From contig OZ244977.1 in NCBI GenBank assembly GCA_965222995.1, forward strand, positions 905,083 to 969,082: a stretch of 64,000 nucleotides of DNA. Direction: 5' to 3'. Below are positions 50,083-59,967 of this stretch, piece after piece. The notes under the pieces are model-generated. The model was not told the origin of the DNA and ran no database searches. It saw only the letters and a list, made by a program, of their open reading frames with translations. A program made the position numbers and the translations under genes. The stretch is from Bacteroidia bacterium. Lineage in GTDB: Bacteria; Bacteroidota; Bacteroidia; UBA8524. How positions within the stretch are numbered: the stretch's first letter is position 1; each line of letters opens with the position of its first letter.

Positions 50083-52947
50083 TTAAAACTTGATGCTGAT
50101 ACCCGTCATAATATGACGTTGTTCCATGAAACGTGAAGGGTCGTTGGGTGGTATGCCGTTTGAACGAGGGTCGCGAGGGTCGGGAAAATTGGGGTCTCTC
50201 CATTGGCTGGGAACAGGGTCACCCTGTTGCCAGGCTCTACCCGTAACAGGGTTTACACGGGCTGTATTACGTGTGTCAAATATATTGGTAACCTCAATAG
50301 TCCAAGCTATTTGGATTTTTTTCACAGTCCACCACTTTTTAAAGTTAAAGTCCATCCACCATACAGACCTTCCTAACTCTGAAAAGCGAGAGCCCGGGTT
50401 TTGAACTTGGTTGTATATCGGTCTACCGGTAGCGGGTTCAGTACCTTCTAATATATAAGGGGTATAGCGGATGCCTGTGCGGAAAACACCTTCTATATAA
50501 AACGACATTCTATTGAGCCATTTTTGCCCCCAATACCCTTCTTTATTGTTTAAAATAAACACATGGTTCATTTTTATGTCCCAAGGGCTGCCCCATGGTA
50601 AAAAGAATTCTCTGGTATCTTGGCGGTTTCCTTCGCCTAAAATTTCTTTTAAACTTTCTGATGCTGATGCACTTTGACCTGTAGCTACCATATATGCCAT
50701 TGAAAACTGCCCCTGATACCATTTGCCAATACGCTTCAAATAACCTACTTCAACACCACGTATACGTGCATAATCGCTGTTAATACGTACCGACCGAGCT
50801 ACTTCTCTTCCTGTAACATCTTTTACCAGTAAACTGGTAGTGATTATAAAGTCGTAATTATCTCTCCAATAGGCTGAAAAGGTAAGTATATCATTATCCG
50901 TAATGGCTGATTTTAGTCCTAATTCGTAGGCAATGGTAACCTCAGGATTAAGGTTGGGATTTCCTAAACGTGCTACGGTTGAGCGGTCGCTATAGAAAGG
51001 GTCTAAACCGGTATATACAAATGACGGGTGGGGTAAAATAGTACTGTGCCCATAGTTGAAAAACAACATTTGTTTTCTGTTGATTGGGAAAGAGGCTGAA
51101 ATTTTTGGTAGGAAGCGGAATTTAAACCTTCTACCGAAAATAGGGGTTGAACTATTGAGATATTCTTCGCGTATTTCATCACGAATCTGGGCACGAGGGT
51201 CTGCAACAGCATCATCAACATATTTACCGGGCATCCAATATTCAAAGCGGGCTCCAATTTCGGCAATCAAACCTTTATAGCGTACACGGTCGGTAACAAA
51301 TAAACCACCCCTTGAGGGGTTTACACGCCATGCTTCACTATAATCTCCCAGTCTGAATGATTGTGTGCTGGTACCGTTTGCCAGTTGTATGGGAGCACCA
51401 ATCCAAGGTCGTCCTATGTCAATCCATTGTAAATCTTGTAGTTTAACCTCAGCTCCAAACGACAACTTATTTAGTGAGTTATCTTTTGGATTTACCGAAA
51501 GTATATTACCCACTGCTTTCAGGGTATATTCCTCAATAAAATGGTCGTGCCATAGGGTAGCAATACCTCCATTGTTAAACAACCCGGGGGCGGGGTTTAC
51601 AAATGCTATACTATCGCCGGGATTAAAAATGCTGGCGGGGAAAGAAACTATTGAACGCGGGTCGAACTCACTATTTACCTGTTCGGGTCTCCAGTCTCTT
51701 CCGTTGGCATCTGTTCTAAGTCGGGCAAAAAAACGTGATGCGGTTATTTGGTAATTAAACTTCTTGCGCAATAAATGCTTAAAGTTTAAAATCATAAGGT
51801 TTGCATCGTGCGTAAATGTATTGGCATTATCCATTTGCTCTTGGAAAGCAAATTGGTAACCGGGAGTAAACGGTAAGTCGTTACCCGTAATACGCAACAT
51901 GTTAATGTCTTGATTTACGGTAAGTGTTTTATTATAGGTGAGGCTTAAATTTTTAGTGCTATCTATTTGGAAATTAAGCTTAAGTAAAGCACTCCAACGG
52001 TTATCTAAATAGGGGGTAAAGTTGGTATTGGGATATAATGACGAAACTACTTGATTGGGTGGGTTTAACGTATAATTATCTGAGAAGAAACTTCGTAAGG
52101 CTACAAAATAGCGTAAACGTGTTGGGTTTTTTGGAAAAAGTAACTTTGCAGGACCACCTATAGTTAACTCACTTACCTGTGCATTCCATGTTGAACGCCA
52201 ATTGCCGTTAAAACCTAAGTTATCTCTTTTATGGAATACTGAAACTTGTAGGCTGTCTCCGCCTGAACGTGTTTTAGCGTTTATAACTCCAGATGTGGCA
52301 TCACCAACATCGGCTGTTGCACCACCTGTATTCACATCAACTTCACTAATTGCATTTGAGCCTATATCTATACCGAAACCTGTACCTGCCAGCGGGTCTT
52401 TTGCAGATACTCCGTCAATTAAAAAACCTGTTTCATAGGTTCTTCCACCCCTTATAAATACTCCCGAAGGTGTATTTACCACCCCGGGTTGGGTATTAAT
52501 AATGCCTTGTATTTGGCGAATAGGAGCTTCGCTAATTTGGTTTGAGCCTATAGTGTTTTTAGAGCGAGGCGTTTCAACATCAACCAACGGTTTTTTGCCT
52601 ATTACTTCAACTTCTGTTTGCTCTACCGATGCTTCTTTAAGTGAGGCGTTTTTTGTTACTGTAGCCCCTTTTTCAACTTTAACACCTGTAATTAATTGGG
52701 TTTGGTACCCCACAAAACGAATCTCTAAAATATATGTGCCGGGGGTTACATTTTTAATGGTATAAATACCGTTATAATCTGTTGCGGCACCCAATGATGA
52801 ACCTTTAATTAAAACGGTTACCCCAACAAGGTCTTCTTTGGTAAGCCTGTCTGAAATTTTACCTGTAATTGAGCCTTTTTGTGCTAGAGCCAATAAGGGA
52901 AACAGCAGTAGGATGGTTACAGTTAGTTTTTTAAGGTTGGTTTGCAT
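50083..52947 (-). CDS. TonB-dependent receptor (CarboxypepD_reg-like + plug + 22-strand barrel), orphan
   Basis: Signal peptide. ITGKISDRLTKEDLVGVTVLIKGS...YQTQLI. Plug. C-terminal ...GISIKF. Confidence 0.85.
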   Translation of the reverse strand: MQTNLKKLTVTILLLFPLLALAQKGSITGKISDRLTKEDLVGVTVLIKGSSLGAATDYNGIYTIKNVTPGTYILEIRFVGYQTQLITGVKVEKGATVTKNASLKEASVEQTEVEVIGKKPLVDVETPRSKNTIGSNQISEAPIRQIQGIINTQPGVVNTPSGVFIRGGRTYETGFLIDGVSAKDPLAGTGFGIDIGSNAISEVDVNTGGATADVGDATSGVINAKTRSGGDSLQVSVFHKRDNLGFNGNWRSTWNAQVSELTIGGPAKLLFPKNPTRLRYFVALRSFFSDNYTLNPPNQVVSSLYPNTNFTPYLDNRWSALLKLNFQIDSTKNLSLTYNKTLTVNQDINMLRITGNDLPFTPGYQFAFQEQMDNANTFTHDANLMILNFKHLLRKKFNYQITASRFFARLRTDANGRDWRPEQVNSEFDPRSIVSFPASIFNPGDSIAFVNPAPGLFNNGGIATLWHDHFIEEYTLKAVGNILSVNPKDNSLNKLSFGAEVKLQDLQWIDIGRPWIGAPIQLANGTSTQSFRLGDYSEAWRVNPSRGGLFVTDRVRYKGLIAEIGARFEYWMPGKYVDDAVADPRAQIRDEIREEYLNSSTPIFGRRFKFRFLPKISASFPINRKQMLFFNYGHSTILPHPSFVYTGLDPFYSDRSTVARLGNPNLNPEVTIAYELGLKSAITDNDILTFSAYWRDNYDFIITTSLLVKDVTGREVARSVRINSDYARIRGVEVGYLKRIGKWYQGQFSMAYMVATGQSASASESLKEILGEGNRQDTREFFLPWGSPWDIKMNHVFILNNKEGYWGQKWLNRMSFYIEGVFRTGIRYTPYILEGTEPATGRPIYNQVQNPGSRFSELGRSVWWMDFNFKKWWTVKKIQIAWTIEVTNIFDTRNTARVNPVTGRAWQQGDPVPSQWRDPNFPDPRDPRSNGIPPNDPSRFMEQRHIMTGISIKF

Positions 52948-53008
52948 TAAATCGGCACGAATTTACAGCCAAAAAGCAATTAAACTATTAACACTTTATT
53001 AAGGATAT

Positions 53009-53299
53009 TTACCGCACAATTAACTCATCAATTACAGTTTCGCCAATAGCAGTGTTTAGCCGGTCAATAATCTCCTCTCGGGCATAAACCAATTCGTTTT
53101 TTATTACTGATGAGCTAAGATAAACATATAGTTTTCTGCGCTTCACAAATATTTTTTCTGTTTTTTGTGAAATGAGTTTACCAACTGCATTTTCCCATTC
53201 ATTAATAATCCTAACCTCGTTTACACCACTTTTCAGTTTGTAGGCATCAAGCATACTGTCTATAACTTGTTTTAAAGGCTTCTCGTTATTATTGTTCAT
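53009..53299 (-). CDS. DUF721-family protein (the usual recF-downstream partner)
   Basis: 96 aa. 4-nt overlap with the recF stop. Typical Bacteroidetes recF-DUF721 pair. Confidence 0.65.
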   Translation of the reverse strand: MNNNNEKPLKQVIDSMLDAYKLKSGVNEVRIINEWENAVGKLISQKTEKIFVKRRKLYVYLSSSVIKNELVYAREEIIDRLNTAIGETVIDELIVR

Positions 53300-54399
53300 G
53301 GTGTTGAAGTTACTTGCAAGTTAGTTAATGAAAAATAATTGGGTGTAATACCAATAGGCTCAAAAACATTTTTTACTCTTTCAATGTGGGTATCGGTTAT
53401 AAAAATTTGCCCAAAATTCTCTGTAGCAACCAGTTCCATTAACTGTTTGGCTCTGTCTTCATCCAGTTTTTCAAAAATATCATCAAGCAGTAAAATAGGT
53501 TTTTTTTGGGTTGCACTTTTCAAGTAATCGTATTGGGCAAGCTTTAAAGCTATAACAAAGGACTTGGTTTGCCCTTGTGAGGCATATTTTTTCACCGCAA
53601 AACCATCAATGGTAAATTTCCAATCGTCTCTGTGTATACCCTTTGTGGTGCGCTCCATAATTCTGTCTTTTTGCTGATTTTCTTTTAAAAGATTTAGAAA
53701 ATCAGCTTCATGTAAATGGCTTTCATAGTTTATACCTGCATTTTCAGCATCGTTACTAATAAGCTGGTATTTATCTTTAAAAATGGGCAAAAAGTCTTCA
53801 AAAAATTGTTTCCGTTTTGCATAAACCGTTTGGGCAAGGGGTGCTATTTGTTCATTATGCGTATCAAACAATTGCTGGTCAAAAAAATTGCGCTCGGCAA
53901 ATTGTTTTAGTTGCTTGTTTCTTTGGTCTAGTAAGCGGTTATATTTTTGTAGGTTTTCAAGGTACTCACTATCGGTTTGAGAAAGCAAAGTATCCATAAA
54001 CCTGCGGCGTTCTTCACCGTTTTCATATACCAGTTGTATATCAAAAGGAGAAATAATTACCAAAGGTATCAAACCTATATGGTGCGCCAGTTTATCGTAT
54101 TCAACACCGTTTTTCTTTAAACTTTTGCGTGTATTGCGTTTAAGCCCCAGTTGAACTGAAAACTTATCTTCTTCTTCTTGATAATTGCCTGCACACAAAA
54201 AAAAGTTTTCGCCATGTTTAATATTTTGTTGGTCGCTACTCACTAAAAAACTTTTACAAAGCGAAAGGTAATGTATGGCATCAAGCACATTTGTTTTACC
54301 TACACCGTTATTACCTGTAATACAATTAATACGGTTAAACTCCCAAGTAAGTTCTTCGTGGTTTTTAAAATTAATTAGCTGTAGGCGGTGCAGTAGCAT
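53296..54399 (-). CDS. recF: DNA replication/repair protein RecF
   Basis: Walker A GNNGVGKTNVLDAI. ABC signature and Walker B region (ILLLDDIFEKLD). The ATG at 54399 (MLLHRLQLINFKNHEE) is preferred over the longer ORF at 54462. Confidence 0.9.
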   Translation of the reverse strand: MLLHRLQLINFKNHEELTWEFNRINCITGNNGVGKTNVLDAIHYLSLCKSFLVSSDQQNIKHGENFFLCAGNYQEEEDKFSVQLGLKRNTRKSLKKNGVEYDKLAHHIGLIPLVIISPFDIQLVYENGEERRRFMDTLLSQTDSEYLENLQKYNRLLDQRNKQLKQFAERNFFDQQLFDTHNEQIAPLAQTVYAKRKQFFEDFLPIFKDKYQLISNDAENAGINYESHLHEADFLNLLKENQQKDRIMERTTKGIHRDDWKFTIDGFAVKKYASQGQTKSFVIALKLAQYDYLKSATQKKPILLLDDIFEKLDEDRAKQLMELVATENFGQIFITDTHIERVKNVFEPIGITPNYFSLTNLQVTSTP

Positions 54400-54563
54400 T
54401 GAAGCAAAGTTCGTGCTTTTGTGGCTATAAAAAAGTGCTGTTGAAATAAACAACAAAACCAAACGTATGGTTTTTTCGTTTGTATATATAAATATGCCAC
54501 CGTTTATAAAAACTTCTTAGGTTTTTTAAAACAAACGCATAAATTGCTTCCCATAATTAAAGA

Positions 54564-54950
54564 ATGAACTCAGCAGTTAAGCATGAAATAAAAGTTTCTG
54601 TAGAAACTGATTACCAGCCGGAGTTTTCTGATCCGAAAGGAGGCTTATTTATGTTTGCCTACCATATTAAGATTGAAAACCACGGTGATTATGCGGTACA
54701 GTTGCTGAGAAGGCATTGGCATATTATTGACAGTAACGGCGAATACAGGGAAGTGCAAGGAGAGGGTGTTGTGGGTGAACAACCTGTACTAGAGCCCGGT
54801 GAACAACACGAGTATTCTTCGGCTTGCAATTTGGTTACCGATATGGGAAAAATGTTTGGTAATTATGAATTTGTGAGACTAGCCGACGGTAAACTTTTTG
54901 AGGTTGATATACCTGAATTTAGACTAATATCTCCTTTTAGGATAAACTAG
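54564..54950 (+). CDS. apaG: ApaG-domain (DUF525) protein
   Basis: F..AYHIKIENHGDYAVQLLRRHWHIIDSNGE...GEGVVGEQPVLEPGE pattern typical of ApaG. Confidence 0.8.
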   Translation: MNSAVKHEIKVSVETDYQPEFSDPKGGLFMFAYHIKIENHGDYAVQLLRRHWHIIDSNGEYREVQGEGVVGEQPVLEPGEQHEYSSACNLVTDMGKMFGNYEFVRLADGKLFEVDIPEFRLISPFRIN

Positions 54951-54955
54951 ATGCT

Positions 54956-55282
54956 TTAGCAACCACAATCCTTCATTTTAGTAATCCTGCCTTTTCTATC
55001 TGTTATTTGGCTCAACTTTCCTTTTTTGTATAAACGCTCCCACCAAAACTCCCCTTTTTTGTATTTAACTACTTTTAGCAGTACACCATTTTCATCATAG
55101 GTTTTCCATTTGCCGTGTTTTTTGCCGTTTCTGTAGCTCCCTTTTTCTTTTATTTTACCATTATCGTGTTTAGTGATAACAACACTGTCCTTGGTTTGTG
55201 AGGGAGGAGGTGATGTAGCCTTAACCGTATTGTTTGTAAATGCAAACAAGGCAATACATAATATATAGGCAGCAAAGCGCAT
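54956..55282 (-). CDS. MORN-repeat (YwqK-like) secreted protein
   Basis: Signal peptide. Repeated G-K-x-G-x-W-x-x-Y motifs (GKKHGKWKTYDENG). Confidence 0.55.
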   Translation of the reverse strand: MRFAAYILCIALFAFTNNTVKATSPPPSQTKDSVVITKHDNGKIKEKGSYRNGKKHGKWKTYDENGVLLKVVKYKKGEFWWERLYKKGKLSQITDRKGRITKMKDCGC

Positions 55283-55320
55283 TTTCTATCAAAGTTACAG
55301 CTTTTAAATTTGCAGGTATA

Positions 55321-55349
55321 AAAAAACCGCCCCATAATAGAAGCGGTTT
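55321..55349 (-). terminator. Terminator for tig (aaccgc/gcggtt hairpin)
   Basis: A6 before the stem on the plus strand, which gives a U-run on the minus transcript. Confidence 0.5.
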
Positions 55350-55380
55350 ATATTAACGATATACTTAATTTAACAATAAA

Positions 55381-56802
55381 TTAGTCGTGGTTGTGTCCTT
55401 CGTGGCTATGCTCGTGTGCGTGGTGTTCTTGGTTGTGCGCTTTTATAATATCATAAAACTCATCAACTGAAACCTCTTTTTCTTCAATAGTCACAATCTC
55501 GTTTTTCACTAACTGAATAATTACACGGTTCATGGCAATATCAGCCATTTTATTGCGATAATCTTCTTTATTCAATTGCTCTTGACTAAATGCTTGTACG
55601 GTAGCTTGGTCAGGGTTGCTCATTCCGTATTGGGCAAATAAATTATAGGTATAACCCAGTGAAGCACTTTCAATGTCTTCGGGTTTTACTTCTAGTTTGT
55701 GTTCGTTTTGTAAACGTTCGCGAACTAATGAATAGCGAATACCCGCTTTTTCTTGCTCATACTTTTCATCAATAGTATCAGCTTTGTAAGTATCAGGTTG
55801 GGTATCTACCAGCAAACGTTTCAAAAACTCATCAGGTAACTCAAAAGTATGTTTGTCGCTAATAAGGTGGCTTATTTCATGCTCAACATGGTTGTTACTT
55901 TCATTATCGTAATAACTTTCTATGCTTTCTCTTAGTTTTTTGCGAAATTCTTCTTCAGTCTTCACTGCATCCTTGCCAAAAATTTTATCAAATAAATCCT
56001 GGTTTATTTCAGCATCAACATAGTGCTTTATTTCAGTTACTTTTAACTTAAAATCTTTGTTTAAGTCGTTAACACCTTCTTTGGGAATATTTAAAGTGTT
56101 GCTTATAACCGTTTCATTGTCATTGAACAATGCAAAAATATCTACAGTTATTTCTGCGCCTTTTTCAATACCTATTAATTGTTTTTGAAGCTCTTCATTT
56201 TTAATCAAGTCTGCCGTTAATGACACTGCCTGATTTTGAACCCCTCCTTCAAAAGCTTCACCTTTTTCATCAAGTTCAGTAACTTCACCATAAATCACAT
56301 CCTTTTCACCTGCTTTATCTACATCAGTTACTTCGGCAAAACGTTTTTGCACGTTTTTCACTTCTTCTTCAAGCATTTCATCGGTAACAGTAACTTTATA
56401 TTTGGTTACTACATCCTCATTGCTAAGGTTTACTTTAAAATCAGGAGCTAAACCTAAATCAAAAGCAAAAACAAAATCTTCTTCAGCATCAAAGTTTATT
56501 TTGCTTTCGGTCTCTTTGCTCATTAAAGGCTGACCCAGGAAATCAATCTTTTCATCGCGCAGGTAACCAAAAAGCTTGTCTGAAGCTAAACGGTTTACTT
56601 CATCAACATACACACTACGCCCATGATTTTTCTTCACTAAACCCATAGGAGCTTTACCGGGGCGGAAACCCGGAACAGAAACTTGGCGTTGTACTTTTTT
56701 TAGTTCTGATTCAACAGCGGGTTTATAATCTTCAGGGGTAAGTGTAACGGTAATTGTAGCACTTAGTTTGTTATCGGTTGATGGGGCAAATTGTACGTCC
56801 AC
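55381..56802 (-). CDS. tig: Trigger factor (ribosome-associated PPIase chaperone) with His-rich C-terminal tail
   Basis: N-terminal ribosome-binding signature GFRPGKAP. FKBP-like middle domain. C-terminal HNQEHHAHEHSHEGHNHD. GTG start. Confidence 0.85.
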   Translation of the reverse strand: MDVQFAPSTDNKLSATITVTLTPEDYKPAVESELKKVQRQVSVPGFRPGKAPMGLVKKNHGRSVYVDEVNRLASDKLFGYLRDEKIDFLGQPLMSKETESKINFDAEEDFVFAFDLGLAPDFKVNLSNEDVVTKYKVTVTDEMLEEEVKNVQKRFAEVTDVDKAGEKDVIYGEVTELDEKGEAFEGGVQNQAVSLTADLIKNEELQKQLIGIEKGAEITVDIFALFNDNETVISNTLNIPKEGVNDLNKDFKLKVTEIKHYVDAEINQDLFDKIFGKDAVKTEEEFRKKLRESIESYYDNESNNHVEHEISHLISDKHTFELPDEFLKRLLVDTQPDTYKADTIDEKYEQEKAGIRYSLVRERLQNEHKLEVKPEDIESASLGYTYNLFAQYGMSNPDQATVQAFSQEQLNKEDYRNKMADIAMNRVIIQLVKNEIVTIEEKEVSVDEFYDIIKAHNQEHHAHEHSHEGHNHD

Positions 56803-56976
56803 GTTATATATTTTTATTAATGGTTGTAAGTCTCAAAAAAATGGCTGCAAAAATAGTTCTTTACATTTAATAAAGCCAATATCAAGTGAGTATATATTAT
56901 TGTGTTACTATATAATTATGTTTTTCACAATAATGTGAATAGCTATGTGTTGATTTACAGATACTGCTAGTTAAAA

Positions 56977-56984
56977 CGGATTAC
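56977..56984 (+). promoter_or_regulatory. Candidate Bacteroidetes sigma-A -7 element (TAnnTTTG) for the MBL-hydrolase gene
   Basis: tacctttg located 11 nt upstream of the ATG at 56995, implying a near-leaderless mRNA. Confidence 0.3.
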
Positions 56985-56994
56985 CTTTGCCCGT

Positions 56995-58398
56995 ATGAAA
57001 TTGACGATCTGGGGAGCGGCAAGACAAGTAACGGGTAGTATGCACATGCTACAGTTGCCCAGTGGATATACAGTATTGGTAGACTGTGGGTTGGATTATG
57101 AACAACAAAAACGGTTTGGGAGTTTAGGTGATGTTGAGTTCCCATTTCACCCTTCGCAAATTGATGCGGTAATACTTACGCATGCACATATAGACCATAG
57201 CGGTAATTTACCATCGTTGGTGAAGCAAGGTTTTTCAGGTAAAATTATATGTACGGGGGCAACTGCTGATATTACAGGTTTGTTATTGCTTGATAGCCTG
57301 AATATTATGGAAATGGAGCGAAACCAAGGGGGTGGTAAGGGAAGTAAGAAAGGTGCCAAAAAAATGCCTTTCGGGTATAAACATCTCCGTGAAACTGTGG
57401 ATAGGATGATAGCCTGGGAGTATAATAAGCCGTTTAGGCTTTCTGATGAGATTGATATTGAGTTTTATAAGGCCGGGCATATTTTGGGTGCAGCAAGTGT
57501 TTTGTTTAAAATTAATGATAGTGAAAAGGAGAGGCGTATAGGGTTTACAGGTGATTTGGGTAATTATAACAGCCAGCTTGTTGTAGACCCTACACCTATG
57601 CAAGACTTAGAGTATTTAGTATCGGAGAGCACTTATGGGGGGAGAACCCATATAGCACAACACAGTCCTGCTGATGAGTTGCTTCATTATTTAAACTTGG
57701 CTTGTGTACAACAAAAAGGCAGGCTTATTATACCTGCTTTTAGTGTGGGGCGTACCCATGCTATTGCTTACACTTTTCACCAGTTATATAGTGAGGGCAG
57801 ATTGCCTGAAGGAATTAAGATTTTTGCTGACAGCCCTTTAGCTATTAAAACAGCACGTTACCACCATAAGTATATACATACCCTAAACGAAGAAGCGAAA
57901 AGACTATACAAAAGGGAAGGAGATTTGTTTGAGTTTGAACAGCTTGAGTTTGTAGAAGATGCTAAGAACAGTGATTGGCTGAAATATGAGAATGACCCTT
58001 GCGTGATAATTTCGGCAGCCGGTATGGTAGAGGGGGGAAGAATACAACAACATATTCGTAATAATATTGGTAGGGATACAGCAAGCATATTAATTGCAGG
58101 CTTTTGTGCTGAAGGTACTTTGGGGTATAGGTTATTGCAGGGGCAGCCAACCATAGCTATAAAGGGTAAAGATTTACCAGTACATGCTTCAATATATAAA
58201 ACCGATGCCTTTAGTGCTCACCCTGATAATGATGGGTTGATGCGTTACATAACCACATCAAATAATCCGAAGCTTAAAAAAGTTTTTTTAGTGCATGGCG
58301 AAGAAAAAAGCATGCTAACTTTGCAAGCTAACCTAAATGCAGAGGGTATACAACAGGTGACTACGCCTATGAAAGGAGATTCTTTTGAGTTGGAATAA
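56995..58398 (+). CDS. MBL-fold metallo-hydrolase with beta-CASP-like RNA-metabolising architecture
   Basis: HxHxDH motif (THAHIDHSGNLP). Downstream conserved His/Asp of the beta-CASP family. Confidence 0.7.
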   Translation: MKLTIWGAARQVTGSMHMLQLPSGYTVLVDCGLDYEQQKRFGSLGDVEFPFHPSQIDAVILTHAHIDHSGNLPSLVKQGFSGKIICTGATADITGLLLLDSLNIMEMERNQGGGKGSKKGAKKMPFGYKHLRETVDRMIAWEYNKPFRLSDEIDIEFYKAGHILGAASVLFKINDSEKERRIGFTGDLGNYNSQLVVDPTPMQDLEYLVSESTYGGRTHIAQHSPADELLHYLNLACVQQKGRLIIPAFSVGRTHAIAYTFHQLYSEGRLPEGIKIFADSPLAIKTARYHHKYIHTLNEEAKRLYKREGDLFEFEQLEFVEDAKNSDWLKYENDPCVIISAAGMVEGGRIQQHIRNNIGRDTASILIAGFCAEGTLGYRLLQGQPTIAIKGKDLPVHASIYKTDAFSAHPDNDGLMRYITTSNNPKLKKVFLVHGEEKSMLTLQANLNAEGIQQVTTPMKGDSFELE

Positions 58399-58446
58399 TA
58401 AGTTTTATCTTACGTTAAGAAATTGAGAGGAGAGGTTTTGCTATAG

Positions 58447-59352
58447 ATGAAAAAGAGTATTGTATGGTTGGGTATTATTGCATTAGCACTTTCTTTAAGT
58501 GCTTGGGGCGGAAAATACTTGAAGAAGTTAAAGTTGAGCAAACGCTACAAGGCTGTATATGTATGTACAATTAATGAAGATTATACCATTGATAAAAGTG
58601 AAGGCGGTACGGCGCATAAGGAGCAGGCGATAAGCCACATTAATTTCGACTTAAATCAAGAAGTACTTAGCAAAAAGAAGCATCAATTTAAAGTAGACTA
58701 TCTAATACAAAATTATACCCGAATTGACAGTTTGGTAATTGACAATACTATTGATACTGCTAGTAATGAAGGGCAGATACCCCGAGTAAAAAATATTTTA
58801 TTTTTCACGGATAAAGGGCAATATCTTGGGGCAGCATTGCAAAAGAAAGGCCCCAAATTGCAAACCCGAGACTACAAGTATTTTTATACCACAACTAAAC
58901 AGTTAGTATTTAATATTAGCGATTCTTCACACGGAAAACAGCAATGGCAAACCGTTAGAACAGATACTATACTTACATCAGGATTTAAACTGATATTTAG
59001 TTACCCCTTACAATGGAATATAAAGCTTGAAAAGGATACACTTGAAATGCGCTGTATGGAGCTTACATTTAAATCGCAAAGTGTTGAATATTTTGCTACA
59101 AATAGTGTGATGAAAGCTTTGGGTATTGAAACCTACCACAAAGGAGTTGCTGCGATAAACGGTACTATATTGATTGATAAGCGAACAGGAAGAATAATAA
59201 GATATGATGAGCAAGGAGACTTTATAGGAGAAACGGAAATGAAATCTCCCAGGGTTAGTTCTAAGTGGCCCTCAGTTTACAGGTATAACAAACATTTTGT
59301 GTTGGATAAACTTATAAAGAAACCTAGAGAGAAATTTTTAGGTATTTTTTAA
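58447..59352 (+). CDS. Hypothetical secreted protein (301 aa)
   Basis: Signal peptide (IVWLGIIALALSLSAWG). No family. Confidence 0.4.
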   Translation: MKKSIVWLGIIALALSLSAWGGKYLKKLKLSKRYKAVYVCTINEDYTIDKSEGGTAHKEQAISHINFDLNQEVLSKKKHQFKVDYLIQNYTRIDSLVIDNTIDTASNEGQIPRVKNILFFTDKGQYLGAALQKKGPKLQTRDYKYFYTTTKQLVFNISDSSHGKQQWQTVRTDTILTSGFKLIFSYPLQWNIKLEKDTLEMRCMELTFKSQSVEYFATNSVMKALGIETYHKGVAAINGTILIDKRTGRIIRYDEQGDFIGETEMKSPRVSSKWPSVYRYNKHFVLDKLIKKPREKFLGIF

Positions 59353-59354
59353 AA

Positions 59355-59912
59355 ATGTTAACCCCTAACCAAGTACTACACGGCTACAGCATGGGAATTT
59401 TTCCAATGGCAGACCCTGATGAGGATAATATGGTGCATTGGTATGAACCTAAACAACGGGGAATAATTCCGCTGGAGACCTTTAAAATATCAAAAAACTT
59501 GCGAAGGTTAATTAAGCAACAAAAGTTTGAGATTACTGTTAATCAGGATTTTGAAAAGGTAATGCAAGCTTGTGCGGCCAGAGAAGATACATGGATATCT
59601 GAAGAGATAATTTATGTTTATACAAAGCTGCATGAAGCAGGTTGGGGCTATAGTTTTGAAACCCGACTGGATGGAGAACTGGTAGGCGGTTTATATGGTA
59701 TATCTATGGGGCGGGCTTTTTTCGGGGAGAGTATGTTTCATGCTGTAACCGATGCATCAAAAGTGGCACTGGTATATTTAGTAAGTTGGATGAAAGATAA
59801 TGGGTTAGAGTTGTTGGATACCCAGTTTATAACAGACCATTTACGGCAGTTTGGGGCCATAGAAATACCTCAAAAAGAATATTTGGAACGATTAAAGAAA
59901 GCTCTGGAATAA
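59355..59912 (+). CDS. aat: Leucyl/phenylalanyl-tRNA--protein transferase
   Basis: Characteristic GIFPM..., W(Y)EPKQRGIIPL, ...LDTQF motifs. Confidence 0.85.
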   Translation: MLTPNQVLHGYSMGIFPMADPDEDNMVHWYEPKQRGIIPLETFKISKNLRRLIKQQKFEITVNQDFEKVMQACAAREDTWISEEIIYVYTKLHEAGWGYSFETRLDGELVGGLYGISMGRAFFGESMFHAVTDASKVALVYLVSWMKDNGLELLDTQFITDHLRQFGAIEIPQKEYLERLKKALE

Positions 59913-59914
59913 AT

Positions 59915-59947
59915 AAAGCCCCGCAAATTTATTTGCGGGGCTTTATT
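59915..59947. terminator. Bidirectional terminator (agccccgcaaat/atttgcggggct, 12-bp stem)
   Basis: Perfect palindromic hairpin between the convergent aat gene and the paralog pair. Confidence 0.7.
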
Positions 59948-59967
59948 TATATTGATTATAGTTAAAT

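Noticed and set aside
53339-53999. Several 60-64 aa plus-strand ORFs inside recF
   Set aside because: Antisense to recF. Short, with no supporting features.
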